The notes below the pieces were generated by a model, which made no database searches, was not told where the DNA came from, and was given only the letters and a program-made list of their open reading frames with translations. From Pseudomonas aeruginosa PAO1 (lineage in GTDB: Bacteria; Pseudomonadota; Gammaproteobacteria; Pseudomonadales; Pseudomonadaceae), in assembly GCF_000006765.1 (NCBI RefSeq), contig NC_002516.2: a stretch of DNA of 64,000 bases; one strand, given 5' to 3'. Shown in pieces: positions 1 to 7,055 of this stretch; the first letter of the stretch is position 1, and each line of letters opens with the position of its first letter. Made by a program: the position numbers and the translations under genes.

Positions 1-388
1 CGACGTGCACCAGGTGTCCCCGGCCAAGCTGCGCGAGATCTATGGCGCCGACGCGGCGCTGTACGTCACGGTGAGCGACTACGGCACGCGCTACATGGTG
101 ATCAGCAGCGCGACCATCGTCACCGCCAGCGCCAAGCTGGTCGACCTGCGATCCGGCACCACCCTGTGGACCGGCTCGGCGACCGCCTCCAGCGAGGAAG
201 GCAACGGCGGCAACAACGGCGGCCTGGTGGGCATGCTGATCACCGCGGCGGTCAAGCAGATCATCAACAGTTCGGTGGAGGACGCCGGTTATCCGATCGC
301 CGGGATGACCAGTGCGCGCCTGCTCTCGGCCGGCCAGCCGGGCGGACTGTTGTACGGCCCCCGCTCGCCGAGGTACGGCAGCGACTGA
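1..388 (+). CDS. 3' part of a putative lipoprotein (DUF799-like; PA0047-like), truncated by the window start
   Basis: Open frame to TGA 386-388; LYVTVSDYGT...ASAKLVDLRSGTTLW matches my recollection of DUF799 lipoproteins. Confidence 0.7.
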   Translation, partial: DVHQVSPAKLREIYGADAALYVTVSDYGTRYMVISSATIVTASAKLVDLRSGTTLWTGSATASSEEGNGGNNGGLVGMLITAAVKQIINSSVEDAGYPIAGMTSARLLSAGQPGGLLYGPRSPRYGSD

Positions 389-402
389 GCCGTGCGCCGG
401 GG

Positions 403-786
403 CTACGGGGACGTTTCCGTGGCCTCGGCGCAAGCCGCCGGGAGGGGCTTGGCCGCTGCGTTGCGCTTGGCCATGTACTGGCGGATCAGGTCGTCGAGCA
501 ACGCCCGGATGGCGCGCCGCTCGTCCAGCCGCAGGCGGCCGATGGCCTCGAACTGCAGGCGCAGGTCTTCCGGTAGCGCCTGCCGCTCGCTGCGCTCGCA
601 GACCAGCCAGTCGAGGGGCACCGCGAAACGTCCGGCGATGGTTTGCAGCACCACCAGCGACGGGTGCCCGCCCTTGGTTTCGAAGTGCCGCAACTGGCTC
701 ACGGTGATGCCCAGTCGCTCGGCCATCTGCCGTTGGGTCAGGGCGTTCTGCTGGCGTAGGCGTAGGAGATTCTGCGCGAAGCTCAT
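403..786 (-). CDS. XRE/Cro-family HTH transcriptional regulator (PA0048-like)
   Basis: N-terminal LLRLRQQNALTQRQMAERLGIT...FETKGGHPSL is a typical HTH_3; GGAG RBS upstream. Confidence 0.9.
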   Translation of the reverse strand: MSFAQNLLRLRQQNALTQRQMAERLGITVSQLRHFETKGGHPSLVVLQTIAGRFAVPLDWLVCERSERQALPEDLRLQFEAIGRLRLDERRAIRALLDDLIRQYMAKRNAAAKPLPAACAEATETSP

Positions 787-1067
787 GGAAAACTCTCCAA
801 GTCAGAGGAAATCCTTGCCACCGCCCCGGTGATGCGGGCGATGGCGGTTGTCTCCATCATCGGCGTTCCCACTCTCCGACTCTGCCCTACCGTTCCGGCG
901 CGGGCCTGGGAAAGCTCCGGGTCGTGAGTCCGAGGTTTCCCCGCGTGCCGCCTTTTTCGATTCAGTAGAGGCGGAAGCGACGGGCCACCGTCCCGTTGGC
1001 CTGCGTCGGCGGCAGTTCGGCTCCGCGGCGAAGCGATAGGTCGCGAGGGCCTTGCGCCTGGCGAGGA

Positions 1068-2729
1068 CTAGTCCGCTTGCGCCCCCTGCGCCAGGGCGTT
1101 GCCGACGCCCACCAGCAGCGCCCGGGTCTGCGCCACGATGGCGCTGCGGTAGGCCTCGTAGCGGGCGTCGCTGATGGCGTTGTCGTTGCGCGCGCCGCCG
1201 CCGCTCGCCGGTACGCCGGTGTAGTAGTTGTTCATCACCGGGACATGGATGTGCCCGGCGGGAATCTCCAGGCGGAACGCGTCGCGCAGCACCGTGTTGC
1301 GGTAGGCGCTCTCGTTGGACAGGTAGTCGCCGCCACCGCCGTTGCGCGCGCAGATCCGTCGGTTCGGCGGGAGCACCAGGGAGGGATCGGGCATGGCGTT
1401 CATCACTCCGTTGGTCGGCACGTTTTCGGTGCGCGGGTTGGCGCAATCGGGGAAGAAGTCGTAGTTGGTGTGCCAGGTGACGTCGAAGCCTTCCGCGGCC
1501 TGGCTGGTAGCGCCCGGCGGCCGCTCGATGCCGCGCCAAGTATCGGCGGCGAGCAACTGGCGGACCGGCAGCGAGGCCTTGGAGAACTGTGCCGGCAGGT
1601 TCTGCCGCCAGCGGCTGGCGCTGTCGTAGCCGAGCCAGCGGCGCGGCGGGTTGATATTGCAGCCGGAGCCCCGCAGGGAAATCGGCGCGGTGCCGGGATT
1701 GGTCACGCTGCCCAGGGGAAGCACGTAGTTGGGCAAAGCGCTGTCGGCGGGGCAGTAGACGATGCCGTCGTTGCCGGCGGAGGAGCCGTGGAAGCGGCCG
1801 TTCCAGGCCTCCAGCCAGAACTGGTTGGCGCCGCCCTGGCTGATGGTGATGGAGGCGTCGACCCGGCGCGGGCCGGGGCGGAACCAGGGGCCCAGGGTGT
1901 CTTCCTGCATGCCGCGGTTGAACGGGTCGTAGCTGACCGGCAACAGGTAGGCCTCGATACGCAGCAGGCTGCCGTCGGCCAGCCTGAACTCGCGGCCGTC
2001 CAGCGCAAGGGCGGTGGCGCCCGAGGGGTTGCCGTTGCGCAGGCCGGTGTTCGCCGTCCCGGGAGTGCCCAGGGTGAAGACGTCGAAGCCGCTGATGATC
2101 ATCCGCCGGTAGCGCGAGCCGTCGGCGGCGTAGCGGCGTGGCAGGTCGATGTCCAGCTGTCCGCGCGAGGCGCGTTCGAAGCGCCATTGCAGTGCCTGGG
2201 CCTGGGCCTTGCCGAGGTGGAAGGATGGCGCCCACTGGCGCAGGGTGCGGGTCATGTAGAGGCGCGTCCAGTAGAGCATGCGGTCATCGCTGGCCGGCAG
2301 CGCGCCGGCGGGAATGGCGCGGCGACCCTGGGCCCGGTCGACGGCGGCGCGCCACAGCGCGCGGCCCTCTTCGGTGACCAGCTTCAGTGCCTTGGCGTAG
2401 CTGGTGACCGGGGTGCGGCCGTCGGCGGCGCACAGGCGCTTGGCGAAGGCCGGTTCGAAGCCGTCGAAGCCGGCGCCCTTGACGATGCGCTCGGCCAGCG
2501 GCGTCTGGTCATGGGTGACGACGTTGGCGCCGCTGAACGGCAGCGGCGTGTCGAGCCGGCGCTCCTCGTAGGACAACGCTGCCTCGCGGTTCCAGGAGCA
2601 GGCGACGCTGGGCGGCTTGCGGGCGCCGGCGAGGTCGCCGTTGGCGGCCCAGCCGGCGCCGGGCAGCAGGGCTGCCGAGACGGCCAGGGTGAAGAGGGAG
2701 TATCGGCTTGCGTGACGGGCGTAGCGCAT
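1068..2729 (-). CDS. Secreted protein (553 aa) with C-terminal pyroglutamyl-peptidase I (peptidase C15)-like domain (PA0049-like)
   Basis: AGGAG RBS before ATG 2729; Sec signal (…GAGWA); C15 motifs IISGFDVF, NPSG, LLPVSY, LEAW, GNDG, LPVR, GDYLSNE, GHIHVP. Confidence 0.85.
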   Translation of the reverse strand: MRYARHASRYSLFTLAVSAALLPGAGWAANGDLAGARKPPSVACSWNREAALSYEERRLDTPLPFSGANVVTHDQTPLAERIVKGAGFDGFEPAFAKRLCAADGRTPVTSYAKALKLVTEEGRALWRAAVDRAQGRRAIPAGALPASDDRMLYWTRLYMTRTLRQWAPSFHLGKAQAQALQWRFERASRGQLDIDLPRRYAADGSRYRRMIISGFDVFTLGTPGTANTGLRNGNPSGATALALDGREFRLADGSLLRIEAYLLPVSYDPFNRGMQEDTLGPWFRPGPRRVDASITISQGGANQFWLEAWNGRFHGSSAGNDGIVYCPADSALPNYVLPLGSVTNPGTAPISLRGSGCNINPPRRWLGYDSASRWRQNLPAQFSKASLPVRQLLAADTWRGIERPPGATSQAAEGFDVTWHTNYDFFPDCANPRTENVPTNGVMNAMPDPSLVLPPNRRICARNGGGGDYLSNESAYRNTVLRDAFRLEIPAGHIHVPVMNNYYTGVPASGGGARNDNAISDARYEAYRSAIVAQTRALLVGVGNALAQGAQAD

Positions 2730-3338
2730 CGGGTGGACTCCTGTTCTTGTTCGGTTCATGGGTCGATCGGTGCGGCGGGCGGAGCGCGGGCGAGCGGCGC
2801 CCGCCGGCGGCGGGGGCCGGGACCGACGCAAGGTGCGTCGCGGGTTGCTGCGGTGGCGGACGGGAGGGCGGTGCTAGGGGGCGCGTGTCGCCGGTAGACG
2901 GAGGCGCGCGGAGGGAGGGTTGCGGGACGACGCGGAGGCGTCTGGGAAAGTCAGGTCCTTTGCCATGGATGCACCGATCGTTGTTCTTGCTGTTGTGGGG
3001 CGTCGGTGGGTGCACGGCCGGACTTCGCACCCGTGCGGCATTCTTGGAGGCGCCGGCGCGGGGCGTCCAACGAATTTATGTGGCCGCCGGGGATAGGAAA
3101 AGTTGATGGCGAACCGGTGCCGAAGCCCCCTGCCCCGGTACTTTCGCTGGCGCTGCGGCAATCCACCGCACTGGCGCGTTCGCTCGGGCTGGTCTTTGCT
3201 CTCCGGGGTCCGGCGGCTCGCCGGCGAGTCTTGCGGTGCGCCGCGAGCGGACGGGCGTTCGGTCCTTCTGCAGGCAAATGCCCTTGTTTTCGGAGAAGGA
3301 CACGGATCGTTGATCGCTGTTTCGACCAAGGAGGTCAG

Positions 3339-3479
3339 ATGAAAAGGAAGATGCTGGCGGCTTCGCTGCTGCTGTGGATGTTCTCGCTGACGGCGCAGGC
3401 GGACTGCGCGGTGCTCGGGCCGGGGGAAGATCCCTGCGCGGGCCCGGTGCTGGGACCGACCGTCTGCGAGTGCCCGTGA
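3339..3479 (+). CDS. Small secreted Cys-rich peptide 1 (46 aa; PA0050-like)
   Basis: AGGAGG 3329-3334 then ATG; MKRKMLAASLLLWMFSLTAQA signal followed by DCAVLGPGEDPCAGPVLGPTVCECP. Confidence 0.9.
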   Translation: MKRKMLAASLLLWMFSLTAQADCAVLGPGEDPCAGPVLGPTVCECP

Positions 3480-3540
3480 TGACCGACTGTACCCTCGACC
3501 AGGGACAGGGAGCGTTCGATTACCAACCAGGAGGTTGCAA

Positions 3541-3678
3541 ATGAAGAAAGTACTGTTGGCTGTGTTCCTGCTCTGTGGCTTCTCTCTTACCGCCCAGGCC
3601 GCGTGCCCGGTTTTCGGCCCGTCCGAGGACCCGTGCAGCGGGCCGGTGTTCGGTCCGTCGACCTGCGAATGCCCTTGA
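3541..3678 (+). CDS. Small secreted Cys-rich peptide 2 (45 aa), paralog of peptide 1; absent from the ORF track
   Basis: Hand translation: AGGAGG 3529-3534; MKKVLLAVFLLCGFSLTAQA then ACPVFGPSEDPCSGPVFGPSTCECP, stop TGA. Confidence 0.9.
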   Translation: MKKVLLAVFLLCGFSLTAQAACPVFGPSEDPCSGPVFGPSTCECP

Positions 3679-3691
3679 GGTAGGTCGTCTG

Positions 3692-3718
3692 GCGGGCCCG
3701 GTGCAGCGGGCCCGCTTC
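3692..3718 (+). terminator. Hairpin after peptide 2, probable terminator
   Basis: GCGGGCCCG-gtgcag-CGGGCCCGC is a perfect 9-bp stem; the U-tail (TTCC) is weak. Confidence 0.5.
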
Positions 3719-3839
3719 CGGATGTATCGCTCGCTCGAAGTTGCCTTCTTTAATTCTCCATTCCCCGCGCCGCCCTACTTTTCCCGCTCGTCCATCGTCG
3801 CGTCGAACGTTGCCACGAAATCAGCGTCGATGGACAACT

Positions 3840-4130
3840 CTTATATTCAATAGTTGTACGATCTGAGTTTGTTGTAGTCATTTGCTTAGTTGGCTATTCA
3901 TATGATTGCCGTAAAGCAATTATAAGTTTAATTGGATTAGCCTTCTAAGTCTTTGGAAAGAGCCGTGAACGACCCTGTAATATCTGGTTGTAGAGCCGCG
4001 TAATGATGTTTCAGGATATTTCATTAATTTTGTAGATTATTGTTTTTCCTTTGTTTTTTTAAAAACAGCTACCAGATTTAGATGGATATTAATTAACTCG
4101 GCCACGTTTTTTCCTGTTCTATCATTGGCC
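3840..4130. promoter_or_regulatory. AT-rich phzH upstream region with two las/rhl-box-like 16-mers
   Basis: Hand-counted 60-nt lines give 22-45% GC; CTACCAGATTTAGATG (4069-4084, +) and CAACCAGATATTACAG (3975-3990, -) resemble the phzA1 box as I recall it (CTACCAGATCTTGTAG). Confidence 0.45.
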
Positions 4131-4302
4131 TTCCTTGGGCGCAGGCCTGCCGAAACTGCTTATCTTCAGGTCCTCGAAAAGTTCATACATCGACCGCCTT
4201 GGGCGAAGCATTCGTACGCCGGAAATCGTCCGGCCGCACGGATGTTTTCAGCATGTTCTCTGGATGAGTTTCCCGATAAACATCAATTATAGGAGTTTCC
4301 CT

Positions 4303-6135
4303 ATGTGCGGTCTCGCGGGTTGGGTGGATTACACGCGCAAGCTCGACGACGAATTTCCGGCGATCTTCGCCATGACCGATACGCTCGCCTTGCGCGGGCC
4401 GGATGCCGAGGGCATCTGGAAGCACCGCAACGCCCTGCTGGGTCACCGGCGGCTGGCGGTCATCGACCTCAGCGGCGGCGTGCAGCCGATGTCCTATCGC
4501 TTTCCCACCGGCCAGGAGGTCACCCTCGTCTACACCGGCGAGGTGTACAACCACGATGCCCTGCGCGAGCGGTTGCGCCGGGCCGGACATGAGTTCCGCA
4601 CCCGCAGCGATACCGAGGTGGTCCTGCACGCCTATCTGCAATGGGGCGAGCGTTGTTGCGAGTACCTGACCGGGATGTTCGCCTTCGCCGTCTTCGATGG
4701 CCGCGACGGCCACCTGCTGCTGGTGCGCGACCGCCTGGGCATCAAGCCGCTGTATTACGCGCGGCACCGCGAGGGACTGCTGTTCGGCTCGGAGATCAAG
4801 TCCATCCTGGCGCATCCGGAATTCGCCGCCAGGCTCGACGCGGTCGGCCTGGTCGACCTCCTGACGCTGTCCCGGGGCACTTCGCAGACGCCGTTCCGCG
4901 AGGTCCAGGAACTGCTGCCCGGCCACCTGCTGTCCTGGCGTCCCAATTCCCAGGCGAAGTTGCGCCGCTACTGGGAGGTGCGCCGCCAGGAGCATGCCGA
5001 CGACCTGCAGAGCACCGTGCAGCGCACCCGCGAACTGGTCACCCGCGCCCTGGGGGCGCAATTGCACGCCGACGTTCCGGTGTGTTCGCTGCTATCGGGT
5101 GGGCTCGATTCGACCGCCCTGACCGGCATCGCCCAGCGCATCGCGAAGGCGGAGCACGGCGGCGACATCAATTCGTTCTCGGTGGACTTCGTCGGCCAGG
5201 CCGAGCAGTTCCGCAGCGACGACCTGCGTCCCGACCAGGACCAGCCGTTCGCCCTGCTGGCCGCGCAGTACATCGGCAGCCGTCATCGCACCGTGCTCAT
5301 CGACAATGCCGAACTGGTCTGCGAACGAGCGCGCGAAGAGGTATTCCGGGCCAAGGACGTACCTTTCACCTTCGGCGACATGGATACCTCGCTGCACCTG
5401 ATGTTCGGCGAGATCCGCCGGCATTCCACGGTGGCCATCTCCGGTGAAGGCGCCGACGAGCTGTTCGGTGGCTACGGCTGGTTCCGCGATCCGCAGGCGG
5501 TGGCTGCGGCGCGCTTCCCCTGGGCCTCCAGGGTGCGCCTGCCGGCCGGCTTCATCGACGCCGGTTTCAACCGCCGCTGCGATCTCCTCCAGTACCAGCA
5601 GGCCAGCTACGACGATGGGCTGCGCCAGGTCGAACACCTGGCCGGCGACAGCCCGGAGGAGCGGCGGATGCGCGAGTTCAGCCACCTGCATCTGAAGCGC
5701 TGGATGGTGCTGCTGCTCGAACGCAAGGATCGCCTGAGCATGTGCAACGGCCTGGAGGTGCGGGTGCCCTACACCGACCATGAGCTGGTGGAGTACGTCT
5801 ACAACGTGCCCTGGTCGATCAAGAGCCGGGACGGCGAGGAGAAGTGGCTGCTCAAGCGGGCCTGCGCCGACTATGTCCCGGAAGCCGTGCTCAAGCGCCG
5901 CAAGAGCCCTTATCCGACTTCTGCCAACCTCGGCTACGAGCGTTTCCTGCGCGGGAGCGTGCGGCGCCTGCTGGAGGACGCGGTGAACCCGGTGTTCGGC
6001 ATCGTTTCGCGAGAGTTCCTGGCCGCCGAACTGGAGCATCCGGAGGGGTACTTCAACACCCAGGTGAGCCGCCACAACCTGGAGACCGCACTGGCGCTGG
6101 AAGGCTGGCTCAGGTTGTACGGGCTCTCCGCCTGA
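4303..6135 (+). CDS. phzH: Phenazine-modifying glutamine amidotransferase (PCA to phenazine-1-carboxamide), asparagine synthetase-like
   Basis: AGGAG 4291-4295; N-terminal MCG (Ntn nucleophile), GHRRLAVID, SGGLDS, SGEGADELFGGY; locus position. Confidence 0.93.
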   Translation: MCGLAGWVDYTRKLDDEFPAIFAMTDTLALRGPDAEGIWKHRNALLGHRRLAVIDLSGGVQPMSYRFPTGQEVTLVYTGEVYNHDALRERLRRAGHEFRTRSDTEVVLHAYLQWGERCCEYLTGMFAFAVFDGRDGHLLLVRDRLGIKPLYYARHREGLLFGSEIKSILAHPEFAARLDAVGLVDLLTLSRGTSQTPFREVQELLPGHLLSWRPNSQAKLRRYWEVRRQEHADDLQSTVQRTRELVTRALGAQLHADVPVCSLLSGGLDSTALTGIAQRIAKAEHGGDINSFSVDFVGQAEQFRSDDLRPDQDQPFALLAAQYIGSRHRTVLIDNAELVCERAREEVFRAKDVPFTFGDMDTSLHLMFGEIRRHSTVAISGEGADELFGGYGWFRDPQAVAAARFPWASRVRLPAGFIDAGFNRRCDLLQYQQASYDDGLRQVEHLAGDSPEERRMREFSHLHLKRWMVLLLERKDRLSMCNGLEVRVPYTDHELVEYVYNVPWSIKSRDGEEKWLLKRACADYVPEAVLKRRKSPYPTSANLGYERFLRGSVRRLLEDAVNPVFGIVSREFLAAELEHPEGYFNTQVSRHNLETALALEGWLRLYGLSA

Positions 6136-6187
6136 GCGTGACGCGGGGCGTGGCGGGTTCGGGCTGCTGTCCGGCCCGCCGGCGTCT

Positions 6188-6616
6188 TCAGGCGTCGGGC
6201 ATTTCGCCGCGTTCGCCGAGCCCCACCGGCATGCCTTCCACGCCGGCATGGAACAGCAGGGCTTCCACCGGTTCGGCCCCGGCTATCAGGCGATGGATGA
6301 TGTTCATCAGGCAACCCGCCGCCTCGCCTTCCAGCACCCGGGTGCTCTGGGCACCGTCGCGGGTCTCCAGGCGCAGTTCGCCCTTGAGCACGTAGAGCGC
6401 GCTGGGCATCGGATGGACCTGCCAGTCCAGGCGTTCGTGGGCGGCCAGGCTCAGGCGCTGCACGGTGAGCTGCGGCTGGCCGAGGGGATAGCCGAGGTAG
6501 AGCGAGCCGTTCCAGGCGCAGCCGCTGCGCAGCAGGGTTTCGCGGTGCGGACTGGTTGCGGCCGGGAGGTCGCGGCTGGGTGGGAACACATGCACGTGGC
6601 TGGGGCGAAGGTCCAT
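6188..6616 (-). CDS. Cupin-fold hypothetical protein (PA0052-like)
   Basis: WQVHP...LYVLKGEL and IIHRL cupin motifs; AGGA RBS. Confidence 0.75.
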   Translation of the reverse strand: MDLRPSHVHVFPPSRDLPAATSPHRETLLRSGCAWNGSLYLGYPLGQPQLTVQRLSLAAHERLDWQVHPMPSALYVLKGELRLETRDGAQSTRVLEGEAAGCLMNIIHRLIAGAEPVEALLFHAGVEGMPVGLGERGEMPDA

Positions 6617-6835
6617 CGGGCGTCCTGCGCTTGTCGGTATTTTTCCTCAGTCAAGCCGGCTTTCACCGCCTGCTCCACTGCCGCTTCTGCTAGGCGGCAG
6701 CGGGCCATCAACGTTCGAGGCTCGTCTGCAGGCTGCTAGGCCATGTTGCGGTGCGCCTTGCCAGTGCTTCCGGTTTCGAGAGGACATCTGTTCCCTGCCT
6801 GCACTGGTATATGCTTGAACACTGAATATTCGTCC

Positions 6836-6850
6836 CCTGCCCGGGGCAGG
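6836..6850. promoter_or_regulatory. Palindrome upstream of the antidote gene, candidate operator
   Basis: CCTGCCC-G-GGGCAGG, 33 nt upstream of ATG 6883. Confidence 0.35.
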
Positions 6851-6882
6851 CAGGTCCGGGAAGTGGATCCTTGGAGGTACAT

Positions 6883-7053
6883 ATGTCGCGATCGCTGCGC
6901 AAATCGAAGAAACTCGTCATTCCTCCCCGTCCTCGCGATGAGGTCGTGCGCGCGCGCCCGGCCTTGGGAGAACATCAGAAGCAGGTCGAGAACGCCTTTG
7001 CCCTGGCCTTCGAACGCTACGAAAAAACCTTCGAAGAGCTGGCCAAGGTTTAA
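6883..7053 (+). CDS. Putative Doc-partner antitoxin (56 aa)
   Basis: GGAGG 6873-6877; C-terminal FERYEKTFEELAKV helix resembles doc-partner antidotes; ends 2 nt before the doc ATG. Confidence 0.7.
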   Translation: MSRSLRKSKKLVIPPRPRDEVVRARPALGEHQKQVENAFALAFERYEKTFEELAKV

Positions 7054-7055
7054 GC

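Noticed and set aside
787-1067. Possible SymE-like toxin or small ORF (848-1039) next to the XRE regulator
   Set aside because: No SymE motif, no RBS, low-complexity translation
3240-3320. GGCAAA-containing segment resembling the start of a c-di-GMP-I riboswitch
   Set aside because: The GNRA/receptor and GACGCAAAGCC-like elements are missing
4135-4302. 56-aa N-terminal extension of phzH in the ORF track
   Set aside because: Class II amidotransferases need Cys at the N-terminus, and the AGGAG RBS sits before ATG 4303
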